From Caedimonas varicaedens (GTDB taxonomy: Bacteria > Pseudomonadota > Alphaproteobacteria > Caedimonadales > Caedimonadaceae): DNA of 25,440 nucleotides. The translations under genes were made by a program, and so were the position numbers. A model generated the notes under the pieces. The model saw only the letters and a program-made list of their open reading frames with translations. It did no database searches and was not told where the DNA came from. Positions 16,797 to 25,440 of this stretch are shown here, in pieces. The stretch covers positions 1 to 25,440 of the forward strand of contig BBVC01000013.1 of assembly GCA_001192655.1 (NCBI GenBank), read 5' to 3'. The first letter of the stretch is position 1. Every line of letters begins with the position of its first letter.

Positions 16797-17827
16797 ATGA
16801 TTCAGTGGGAACAAACGATGGAAATAAAAATATTACGCCGACAAGGCAAGAGTCTAAGAAGGATCGCTCATGAGGTTGGTATGGCCGTGAATACAGTTCG
16901 TAAATATCTCCAACATGAAGGCAGACCTTTTTATAAGAAGAGAAAAACGGTTGAGACTAAACTTGATCCATATAAACCTTATTTGCAAGAAAGGGTCAAA
17001 CAGGCTCGCCCTTTTTGTCTTCCTGCAACGGTTTTGCTACGGGAGATACGCGATCAAGGATATAGGGGTGGCGTGACACAATTAAGGTTATATCTGAATT
17101 CTTTAACCCCTGTGGTCTGTGAGGAAGTCGTTAGATTTGAAACAGAACCAGGCGCACAAATGCAGATGGATTGGATTGAATTTCGAAAAGGGAAAAACCC
17201 TCTATCCGCTTTTGTCGCAACCCTTGGTTATAGTCGGGTCAGCTATGTCTGCTTTGTGGAGAATGAGAAATTATCGACATTACTTCAATGCCATGAAGAT
17301 GCATTTGATTATTTTGGCGGTATCCCCTCTCAAGCCCTTTATGACAATATGAAGACTGTTATTCTGGCAAGAGATGCCTATGGTTTAGGGAAGCATCGCT
17401 TTAATTCTGGGATGTTAGATTTTGCCAAGCATCATGGATTTCAACTGAAAGTGTGTCGTCCTTATCGCGCCAAGACGAAAGGAAAAGTAGAGAGATTTAA
17501 TCGTTACTTGCGTTACAGCTTTTATAACCCTCTTGCTTCTCGGCTTAAAAGTGCAGGTCTAACACTCGATGTTCAAACCGCTAATATGGAAGTTTTAAAG
17601 TGGTTAAAAGAAACAGCTAATCAGCGTGTTCACGGCACCACAAAAGAGGTTCCTCTTGAAAGGTTAGAAAGAGAACGTTCGACTTTGCAGCCTCTTGGGC
17701 TTCCTTATCGAGGAGATGTTTCATTAGCTCGTTGTGTTAAAGAGCCAGAGATTAAAGCTCCTGAATGGGCTCCTCACAACCCCCTTCAGCATCCTCTTTC
17801 TGTTTACGACAGAATTCTGGAGGCAGC

Positions 17828-17831
<4 letters not shown>
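16797..17831 (+). CDS. istA: IS21-family transposase IstA (intact, copy B)
   Basis: N-terminal HTH (ILRRQGKSLRRIAHEVGMAVNTVRKYL) and a DDE integrase-type core. 344-aa uninterrupted ORF. Confidence 0.9.
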
Positions 17832-18630
<799 letters not shown>

Positions 18631-18704
18631 ACCCTTATTTTTTTATCTCAGGTGTATCAATTTTCATCCGAGGATTTTTAAAAATCTGTATCAAATTTCA
18701 GCCG

Positions 18705-19019
18705 ATGTTGACATTAGAGATTTATCAAACTGAAAATGGAAAAAGCCCTTTTATAGAATGGATAGATTCCTTTGATAATCTTGAAGTTGTAGCCAAAATA
18801 AACGCTCGGTTACTGAGGCTGCGTTTAGGAAATATAGGTGATTGTAAATCTCTGGGGGAAGGATTATTTGAACTTCGGATTGACACAGGACCTGGATACA
18901 GAATTTATTTTTTGAATGGAGATACTCAAAAAATCCTTCTGTTAGGGGGAATAAAAAAGACGCAAATGCGAGATATAAAAAAAGCGAAAAATTATTTAAG
19001 TGATTACAGGAGTAGATAA
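18705..19019 (+). CDS. higB: HigB/Gp49-like RelE/ParE-superfamily toxin, 5' end remodelled by the IS insertion
   Basis: IYQTENGKSPFIEWIDSF...GDCKSLGEGLFELRIDTGPGYRIYF...ILLLGGIKKTQMRDIKKAKNYL matches addiction-module killer proteins. The ATG TTG ACA start codons come from the IS terminus. Confidence 0.8.
   Translation: MLTLEIYQTENGKSPFIEWIDSFDNLEVVAKINARLLRLRLGNIGDCKSLGEGLFELRIDTGPGYRIYFLNGDTQKILLLGGIKKTQMRDIKKAKNYLSDYRSR
18708..18713 (+). promoter_or_regulatory. Perfect outward-facing -35 hexamer TTGACA at the IS right terminus (also at 87..92 and, on the minus strand, at 14533..14538)
   Basis: The last 6 nt of the IS. IS21 is known to form hybrid promoters from a terminal -35. No strong -10 is evident at 17 bp spacing here. 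Confidence 0.35.
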
Positions 19020-19020
19020 A

Positions 19021-19314
19021 ATGAAAAAAAGTGTTTCTTATAAAGATTATCTTTCAAAATCTTTAAAAGATCCTAGCGCAGCGGCAGAGTATCTTAACGC
19101 AGCCCTTGAGGAAGGAAATGAAGCGTTTACCTTAGCTTTAAAAGATGTTGTCAAAGCTTTGGGTGGAAGCGTCTCTCATATTGCGTCGCAGGCAAACCTT
19201 AATCGGGAAAGCTTATATAAGACATTATCAGTGAAAGGTAATCCTCATCTCAGAGGCCTTAATGCCATTATAAAATCCTTAGGCTTACAACTTCATATCA
19301 CGCCTCGACCTTAA
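19021..19314 (+). CDS. higA: HigA-type antitoxin (addiction-module antidote protein, HTH)
   Basis: YLSKSLKDPSAAAEYLNAALEEGN...GGSVSHIASQANLNRESLYKTLSVKGNPHLRGLNAIIKSLGLQL. AGGAG lies upstream of the ATG at 19021. Confidence 0.85.
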   Translation: MKKSVSYKDYLSKSLKDPSAAAEYLNAALEEGNEAFTLALKDVVKALGGSVSHIASQANLNRESLYKTLSVKGNPHLRGLNAIIKSLGLQLHITPRP

Positions 19315-19334
19315 AAAGGACGGATTGATCAACT

Positions 19335-19799
19335 TCATCCTTCCTCTCTTTCCTGATCCATTGCCCAATACAGAAGTGCTAGGGCATCGGCTTCGTTATC
19401 ATCATAGGGATGATGTCCCCATTTTTTCACCGCCTCTATCATCTCAAACTTGCCGGCATTGCCCTTGCCTGTGGCAAACTTTTTAATCGTTCCAACAGGA
19501 ACCCCCTGGTAGGGAATGGTGTGATGTTCACACCACGCCGCCAGATGACCTATAAAACCCCCATAAACATGGGCTGCATCCACCCCTGCATGCCGTCGAA
19601 CAGCCTCAAAATAAACGGCATCTAAACCCCCTGCATGATATTTCATCTCGGTGAGCATTTTCTTGAATTTAAGAAACCGCATGCCCCAATTCTCAAAACG
19701 ACCTGTCTTGAATTCCATAGAACCACTGGTAATCCCATCAGAGGTGGCAATCGCCCATCCTGTGGTCGTTCCCAGATCAAGGGCAAGCAGTGTGGACAT
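19335..19799 (-). CDS. Phage-type RuvC-like Holliday-junction resolvase
   Basis: LALDLGTTTGWAI, VYFEAV and DDNEADALALLYWA provide the acidic catalytic positions. Confidence 0.8.
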   Translation of the reverse strand: MSTLLALDLGTTTGWAIATSDGITSGSMEFKTGRFENWGMRFLKFKKMLTEMKYHAGGLDAVYFEAVRRHAGVDAAHVYGGFIGHLAAWCEHHTIPYQGVPVGTIKKFATGKGNAGKFEMIEAVKKWGHHPYDDNEADALALLYWAMDQEREEG

Positions 19800-20432
19800 T
19801 TAAAACATCATCTCCTCAAGTTTGACATAAGCCAAGGTGCGTAAAGAAACATCCGCTTTGGTCAAAACGTCCAGAAGCCTTCTTTTTTCTCGAAGATAAA
19901 CTTTGGCAAAAGCAGGATCACACTGAACAATGGAGGCTGTATTGCTCATGACATCACAGACCTTGATGTCCTGAATCCATGCGCTCTGACGGGATAACCT
20001 CTCTCTGGACTGTCGTTTCCGTTCTTTCCTGTTCCCCTGTTCTAGATCGGAAAGTGCCAAAACTCCTTCAGCAACGAGTCGTCCAAACCTTTGACAAATG
20101 TACTCAAACGTTACAGGACAATCCTCCAAACAATCATGAAGCCAGGCCACCGCCATAACCTCCGGATCGTGATGAAGGGTGCTCACCATCCCGGCTACTT
20201 CTGCGAGATGAAGCCAGTAAGGCTCACCGTTATATCTCCTTTTCTGACCCTCATGAGCTTGCAGAGCAAAAATCATGGCGTCATGGGCAACCGGACGTTT
20301 CAGAGGGACAACCTTCCTCAGAGGAACCACCAAGAATTCTCCTGCTTTTCTCATGATCCGGGGATTGAATGCCTCAAGAGAAGGGGATGGCCTTGAGGTC
20401 AAGGGTTCTGCAGGGTCATAGGGTGTGTTCAT
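19800..20432 (-). CDS. SpoT/RelA-type HD-domain hydrolase (small alarmone hydrolase-like)
   Basis: AHEGQKRRYNGEPYWLHLAEVAGMV and AWLHDCLEDCP form the HD motif. Confidence 0.75.
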   Translation of the reverse strand: MNTPYDPAEPLTSRPSPSLEAFNPRIMRKAGEFLVVPLRKVVPLKRPVAHDAMIFALQAHEGQKRRYNGEPYWLHLAEVAGMVSTLHHDPEVMAVAWLHDCLEDCPVTFEYICQRFGRLVAEGVLALSDLEQGNRKERKRQSRERLSRQSAWIQDIKVCDVMSNTASIVQCDPAFAKVYLREKRRLLDVLTKADVSLRTLAYVKLEEMMF

Positions 20433-20478
20433 GATGATTTCCTTTCCATGAGTTAAAAATTGTTAAAAAATCGACATA

Positions 20479-21164
20479 TCATCTTGATAGGTCGATGGGA
20501 TCGACAGGTTCTTCTTTCTTCATCTGTTCTTGCCCATAACAAAACCTCTCAAAACTACATCCAAAGCAGGAGAGCGGCTTTTTCTCAAAGGCCATGAGTC
20601 CCAAAGGCATCTCCTTCTGCTCATGGAGACGCTCTGCTTTGGCCATAAAGGTTTCGCCTACAGAAGGATCAAGGTCGATGACTTCTTCGTACAAAGACTC
20701 ATCATTTTTATTGATAGCCAGCAGAAGGGCTTTCTTGATGTCGTCAGACAAGAAGAGATACATTTGACATTGCACCCAATAGCCAACTGGGATTTTTGAA
20801 CCCCGTGTTTTCTGAGCTCCTTAAATGCTTCGTCATTCATGGTCTTGATCTCAAGGATGTACCTTGTGCCGTCCTCATATCCAATGATAGCGTCTATATT
20901 ACCCTTAAGAATACCTTTTTGAACAGGATGCTGAATTTTTTCAATTGTCCAACGGTCAACTTTGCTCAACAAGGAAAAGATCCGACTTTCTTCTATCATC
21001 CCCCGTTCAAAGATGCGCTGCTTTCTGAAGGGGATTTCCAGGGTGAGATCCCCATACTTCTGCAGCCAGATATAGCGGTCACACGGATGTCCAATGATGG
21101 AGCAGCCTAGATAACCTCTGGTTTTTTGGACGGTTGTCAGCTTTTCAAATTCTTCAATGAGCAT
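20479..21164 (-). pseudogene. Cas4/RecB-like PD-(D/E)XK nuclease with a 4-Cys cluster, frameshifted near 20790..20805
   Basis: N-terminal Cys (GHPCDRY), D...EIK core (GNIDAIIGYEDGTRYILEIK), GYWVQCQMYL in the second frame, and C-terminal CFGCSFERFC. The frames switch at the T5/C4 runs. Confidence 0.7.
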
Positions 21165-21438
21165 GGTGACCCCTTTCTCTCAGAACTGATAAAAAGAGTT
21201 CCCGTTCTCCTTGAGAACTGTCCAAAAGATAAGCCTCTAAACATGAATCAAATAAATCCTGTCTTTCCAGAACATAGGCCAGGACGCAACCCAGAAGATG
21301 ATTCCAGGAACCCTCTTTTTGAATCATCATCACAGGTTCATCATCAGAGAGATGGAGGAGAATATCTTCTGTTCCAAGAATCAGCTCCTCACTGTCAACA
21401 TTCTTTAGGGAGTTGAGGGATTTGTGTCTTTTCGTCAT
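21154..21438 (-). CDS. Hypothetical acidic 94-aa protein
   Basis: ORF in operon context, with an ATGA overlap with the upstream small ORF. No recognisable motif. Confidence 0.4.
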   Translation of the reverse strand: MTKRHKSLNSLKNVDSEELILGTEDILLHLSDDEPVMMIQKEGSWNHLLGCVLAYVLERQDLFDSCLEAYLLDSSQGERELFLSVLRERGHHAH

Positions 21439-21578
21439 TGCCTGTGTCCTTTATCTTTTCTCAATTTTTTTTTAGGGGCAGCAGCCTCATAATATTTAAC
21501 GTTTGTAATCTCAGGAGCTTTCGTGCGTCTCTTCCATCCCCTGAATAACTGTTTTAAAAATGCTTTGAGTTTCTTCAT
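21435..21578 (-). CDS. Hypothetical 47-aa highly basic protein
   Basis: GGAAGGAG lies 8 nt upstream of the ATG at 21578. Sequence MKKLKAFLKQLFRGWKRRTK.... The longer track ORF overlaps the DUF669 tail and is unlikely to be real. Confidence 0.4.
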   Translation of the reverse strand: MKKLKAFLKQLFRGWKRRTKAPEITNVKYYEAAAPKKKLRKDKGHRQ

Positions 21579-21594
21579 TCTCAAGACTCCTTCC

Positions 21595-22113
21595 TTACCA
21601 GGGCAGTTCATCGTTGAAGAGATCAGCCGTGGACTCAGGCTGTTGAGGTAAGGCAAATCCTGCATTTGTCGAGGTTGTCTGCTTTTTCCCGTTGTCCTGC
21701 TTTCCCTTGTTTTTCTTGTCTTTGTCTTCAGGGCGAATACGGCTCACAATGTAAGGGGTCATGCCGCCGTCATTGTTCTCGAAGTTTTTCATCCTCACAT
21801 AGGCTTTCTTGCGAACCACCTTGGAAAACACATACTCCGCGCCATCATCGTCATCGGTCATCTGTGACCAGAATTTTTGAAGCTTGACCTCTGCTTTTTC
21901 TCTGAGTTCATCAATGTCCGAGAAGACATTGAAGTTTTCCCATTTCATGCGTCCTTTATAGTCCGCAGGCTCCAATATTTGCCATTGCACCTGAATGGTA
22001 GAGCCATACAGGCTATTCACTTTTTCCATCTTGAGGATCTCGGCCAGATATTCTCCGTCAGGAAAAGCGTTCTCATCGGTGGACACGCGCTTAAAGGGTT
22101 TGAGTTGCGTCAT
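21595..22113 (-). CDS. DUF669-like phage ssDNA-binding protein with an SSB-type acidic tip
   Basis: Sits in the typical position downstream of the AAA_24 gene. C-terminal ...ADLFNDELPW resembles the SSB tail. AAGGAG lies before the ATG at 22113. Confidence 0.6.
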   Translation of the reverse strand: MTQLKPFKRVSTDENAFPDGEYLAEILKMEKVNSLYGSTIQVQWQILEPADYKGRMKWENFNVFSDIDELREKAEVKLQKFWSQMTDDDDGAEYVFSKVVRKKAYVRMKNFENNDGGMTPYIVSRIRPEDKDKKNKGKQDNGKKQTTSTNAGFALPQQPESTADLFNDELPW

Positions 22114-22960
22114 TTTCTGTTTCTCCTTCACTTGTTAAGGTTGTTAATGCGTAAAAACGCGTGACCGCAGCCATGAAAGTCTCCCAATCCAGAGGTATTT
22201 CTGTCTCTAGATCGTAGACATTCTTGGCCACATAGGCGGTATTGCCTTCGGTGTAGAGGACACGGGTGTCATCAGCGACCGCCCTTGCCCTCTTTTGTTT
22301 GAATCCCTTGTCATCTTGTTCCAGGGTGATCCTGTTCATGGCATAGAAAATACAGTGCGCCCAATCGCACAAGACGGCTGCGGCTCGTTCCTGAACACGC
22401 AGGTCGATCTTGTCATAGACTTGCACCAGAGGATTGTCACACCTTTTGCGAGCGCAGTGGCCGATAAGGATGACATTCATCTTTTTCTTCTGCCGAAGAT
22501 CATCCAGCAGATTCAAAAGGGTGCGAAACAGGTTGGCAGCATGGACATATTTCTTGCCGTACTGAAGCTCCTTGTCATCTTTTTCTGCTTCCAAGGTTTC
22601 CCAGATGTATTCTTCCAGTTTGTCGATGGAATCAATCACCACAGTCTTGTAGGGATGGGACAACAGCAGCAGGCATCTTAAAAACTCCTCCACTTCGGCA
22701 AAAGAAAACAGGGCTTGTTTCCCCACATCCAGATGGTCAATATTGCCTTCCAGATCCAGAAAGATGGGTTTCTTGGCACCCGATGCAAAGGTGGATTTCC
22801 CCACCCCATTGGCTCCATAGATTATGAGCTTGAGGGGCGTTCTTTCCTTGCCTTGTTTGACGGGCTTTCCTTTGAAGGAAAAGACAGGGATGTCTTCTTG
22901 CTTGTCAGGGACAGCAGCTTCTTGGAGAGGCCTCTCCTGCTCAGGATTTGTTAGCATCAT
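22091..22960 (-). CDS. AAA_24 / Sak4-like RecA-fold ATPase (phage recombination/annealing)
   Basis: Walker A LIIYGANGVGKSTFASG followed by PIFLDLEGN, and Walker B VVIDSID. Confidence 0.75.
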   Translation of the reverse strand: MMLTNPEQERPLQEAAVPDKQEDIPVFSFKGKPVKQGKERTPLKLIIYGANGVGKSTFASGAKKPIFLDLEGNIDHLDVGKQALFSFAEVEEFLRCLLLLSHPYKTVVIDSIDKLEEYIWETLEAEKDDKELQYGKKYVHAANLFRTLLNLLDDLRQKKKMNVILIGHCARKRCDNPLVQVYDKIDLRVQERAAAVLCDWAHCIFYAMNRITLEQDDKGFKQKRARAVADDTRVLYTEGNTAYVAKNVYDLETEIPLDWETFMAAVTRFYALTTLTSEGETENDATQTL

Positions 22961-25232
22961 TTTTCTTGTCTCCTTTCATAATGCTGCGGATAAAGAGGGA
23001 ATTTTTAGGGGCGGGCTTGATCTCGATACGTTCTTCATCCTGGAGACGAAACAAGATGTCATCCAGATCACGCACTTTGAGGAAGCGAATCTTTCTGAGA
23101 ATTTCCCGTTTGCGCACCCATTCCCCTTTAGAAAAGCTGTGAACGATCCTTAAAACCCGATCTCGATATTCTTCACACTGATTCTCGTAAATGCTGGTCT
23201 GCACCACATTCACAATGTTTTTGAAGGACAGAAGAGCCACGGCAATGCCCCAGGCCACGGATTTAAGGGTCATCTCATAGTTAGCCATGCCTTTGGAAGC
23301 TCCCAACAAGGCCAACTTGGTGGCATGTTCGGGAAGACGTGCCAGAAGGGAATCAAACCGAGCGCAAAAGAGAGATTCGGACTTTTGAAAGGCTTGGTGT
23401 CGTTGTCTTTGAACCCACTGCTCAAACTGTTGAAAGTAAGCGTGAGCCTCATTGTTAAAGACAGCCACGGTACGAGATTTTCTCTGAACCTTGAATTCAT
23501 CCAACACCCCTTTCAGAGCGGAAGACATGTCAGATCGTTGATAATGTTTCTTTTTGAAGAATAATTGATCTGTGGTCAGCAACAGATAGCGGGGTAAGAG
23601 TCCTTTGGTAATATCCCCAGGAGAAAAATGTTTCAGCATGTCAGGAGTTGAAACCGAAAACTCCGAGAAAAAGGGACGATAAATAATAATGGGTTCACTG
23701 TGCTTGGTGGTATCCGATGTATAGGAAGGGGGACAGGAAAACACCCGCATCTTGAATTCTTCCGTGCGCATCTCCGCGTTTCCGGCCATCTTGTTGCGGA
23801 TGGATTTAAGTTCGTAAATGGCCTCGTCCTGGACAAGGAACAGACACCCCCCATTCTTTTCAAGATGGGTAATACAGCCCTGAACACTGCCCAGACGTCC
23901 TGTGTAAAAGCTGGTCTGTTTGACGTAGTCCAGAATTTCCAAAACGCCATTCAGCGTCAGTGTTTTTCCTGTGCCACTGGCGCCAATGACCAGAGCCATG
24001 AAATTCGTCCGCAGACCTGTGAGTCCCTGAAGGGAATCCCTGAGCAAAAATCCTGTCAGAGAAAGGGTAGCGCCCAGAGCATAAGAAGGAATCTCACAGG
24101 AATTGCACTTTAAAAGATACGCGTAGGTTTCTCTGAGAAGGTCGTTGGGAAAATCATAAATATCCACATGATCATAATCGGAGAAATCAAAAGCCACCTC
24201 TTCTTCGTCTATTTCTACGCTCTCTTCAGAAACATCCTGGTCGTCTTTTGATGCAAGGAGGGGCATCCCTTCCGATAAAGCACGAGACTGATATCCTCCC
24301 TGTTTGGCAAGATGAATCAGCGTCCCAATGGCGACGGCTTCTTCCTTGTCGCCAAAGCTATTCCAGTGGCGATCCAGAATAATCTCTCCCGGATATTTAT
24401 CAGATTTTGATGACCATTTTTTCCAAAGTTTGAAAGCCTCCTCAGATCCCTTGAAATGCTGATGCAAGGCCATGGCCACCTTGAGCCAGTGATCATAGTC
24501 GCAATTGGCGTCAATATAGCGTAACGCCTGTTTGGTTTGCTGAAGGCTAAAGGAAGAGCTTGCCACAGCATTGTCTGGGTTTTCCTCGCGTTTTTGAGGT
24601 CGTGAACGCCCCTGTTGCCGCTTCATGTCTTCTTGTTCAACAGGGGAGAGGAGTGAGGGAAGATCATAGGGGTTGATGAGTCGTCCTTCCCGACAGGCTT
24701 GAGCCATAAAAACACCCCCCGGTTGTTTGCAAGGGGTAAACCAGAGACGAGCTGCATCTTTGGAAGCCCCATGATCAATCCCTGGGGGATTGCCAATCAA
24801 GAAAACGGCTTCTTCATAAATCTTTCCCCAGAGTCCAATGACCAGTTCATTAGCAAAGGGCAAAATTAAACGCCACCGAGGACGCTCTGGGGTATGTGAC
24901 CAGGTGGTATACCAGTAATAAAGGATGTGTTTCTCATTCAGTCTATCAAGGACTTCTTCGATGGGAATAAAGGCGTCCTTATTATCAAAATCAAAGACGA
25001 CCCCTGTCATCGTGGCGACATTTTCTTTCTTGCGAGTCGTATTGGGTTGAAAAACCACCATAGAAAAAAGGGTCTGCCGCTCTTCTTTCTGAAGTTCCGG
25101 CACATCGTGAGGTGTGATGAAATCCGCCATCTGTTGCAGGGTAAAGGTTTGTAGAACAGGATGAACATCCTGGACACCGCCTTTAAACAGACTGAAACGG
25201 ATTGTGAGATGATCCACAGGGGTCGGGCTCAT
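22941..25232 (-). CDS. Primase-polymerase / PriCT-2 / P-loop helicase replication protein (P4-alpha-like architecture)
   Basis: VVFDFDN acidic motif, PRWRLILPF, PriCT-2-like CDYDHWLKVAMALH, Walker A VIGASGTGKT, Walker B LFLVQDEA. Confidence 0.8.
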   Translation of the reverse strand: MSPTPVDHLTIRFSLFKGGVQDVHPVLQTFTLQQMADFITPHDVPELQKEERQTLFSMVVFQPNTTRKKENVATMTGVVFDFDNKDAFIPIEEVLDRLNEKHILYYWYTTWSHTPERPRWRLILPFANELVIGLWGKIYEEAVFLIGNPPGIDHGASKDAARLWFTPCKQPGGVFMAQACREGRLINPYDLPSLLSPVEQEDMKRQQGRSRPQKREENPDNAVASSSFSLQQTKQALRYIDANCDYDHWLKVAMALHQHFKGSEEAFKLWKKWSSKSDKYPGEIILDRHWNSFGDKEEAVAIGTLIHLAKQGGYQSRALSEGMPLLASKDDQDVSEESVEIDEEEVAFDFSDYDHVDIYDFPNDLLRETYAYLLKCNSCEIPSYALGATLSLTGFLLRDSLQGLTGLRTNFMALVIGASGTGKTLTLNGVLEILDYVKQTSFYTGRLGSVQGCITHLEKNGGCLFLVQDEAIYELKSIRNKMAGNAEMRTEEFKMRVFSCPPSYTSDTTKHSEPIIIYRPFFSEFSVSTPDMLKHFSPGDITKGLLPRYLLLTTDQLFFKKKHYQRSDMSSALKGVLDEFKVQRKSRTVAVFNNEAHAYFQQFEQWVQRQRHQAFQKSESLFCARFDSLLARLPEHATKLALLGASKGMANYEMTLKSVAWGIAVALLSFKNIVNVVQTSIYENQCEEYRDRVLRIVHSFSKGEWVRKREILRKIRFLKVRDLDDILFRLQDEERIEIKPAPKNSLFIRSIMKGDKKNDANKS

Positions 25233-25257
25233 GTTTAAAGTATTTTCTGAGAGGACG

Positions 25258-25429
25258 TTACATCACAAGTTTGTGCGTCAATATAATGGGCGACATCTGT
25301 TTCCATGTAGCGAATGGTGCGATAGCCCGCCTTGATGTATTTTGGGCCCGTTTTGTGGGTTCGCCAATGTTGGAGAAGGGATTTGGAAATCCCTAAAAGG
25401 GTCGCCAATTCTTTAGGCGTGTAATATAG
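25258..25429 (-). pseudogene. AlpA/excisionase-family HTH gene lacking its start (cut by the terminal 18-nt repeat)
   Basis: My translation is (L)YYTPKELATLLGISKSLLQHWRTHKTGPKYIKAGYRTIRYMETDVAHYIDAQTCDV then a stop. An in-frame TAG lies immediately upstream at 25430..25432, and there is no start codon. Confidence 0.65.
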
Positions 25430-25440
25430 CTAACAACATA
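25423..25440. repeat. Right copy of the 18-nt window-terminal inverted repeat
   Basis: AATATAGCTAACAACATA is the reverse complement of 1..18. Confidence 0.9.

Noticed and set aside
17119-17352. 77-aa alternative-frame ORF inside intact istA (copy B), identical in part to the shifted frame of copy A (15894..16172).
   Set aside because: It is simply the frame entered after the A3/A4 run difference, not an independent gene.

Overview
Mosaic, IS-scarred accessory DNA, with most genes on the minus strand. Left to right:
(1) A type I R-M operon hsdM-hsdS-hsdR (3398 down to 77). Its hsdR is cut after about 184 native codons by a solo IS21-family terminus.
(2) An overlapping IHF-beta-like/IHF-alpha-like gene pair and a 476-aa SEC-C-motif protein.
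(3) A decayed P4-type integrase (in-frame TAG, 3' part replaced by a UvrD-like helicase C-terminal fragment), a PLD/Nuc-family nuclease and an Rpn-type PD-(D/E)XK nuclease.
(4) A roughly 620-bp ORF-poor, hairpin-rich spacer with two DnaA-box-like 9-mers.
(5) A tightly overlapping minus-strand operon: wHTH protein, cold-shock-domain protein, wHTH-HEPN protein (RNDSVH motif), a second IHF-beta/alpha-like pair (alpha frameshifted), a coiled-coil lipoprotein, HU, and a degenerate CSD-like mini-ORF. This is my best candidate for an undescribed system.
(6) folB plus fused folK-folP, with the 3' end clipped by an IS.
(7) Two roughly 2.0-kb IS21-family copies (istA/istB) head-to-head around a 171-bp relic. 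Copy B sits inside higB of a higBA-type toxin-antitoxin pair, flanked by a TTAG duplication.
(8) A phage/satellite-type replication-recombination module without structural genes: alpA-like HTH, primase-helicase, AAA_24 ATPase, DUF669/SSB-like protein, Cas4-like nuclease, SpoT-type HD hydrolase, RuvC-like resolvase.
The first and last 18 nt of the window are exact reverse complements. Several apparent pseudogenes rest on single-base homopolymer length differences, so sequencing error must be excluded. I saw no rRNA, tRNA or CRISPR array. The taxon guess (an environmental Chlamydiae-like intracellular bacterium, based on folB plus fused folKP and the general gene content) is inference only.
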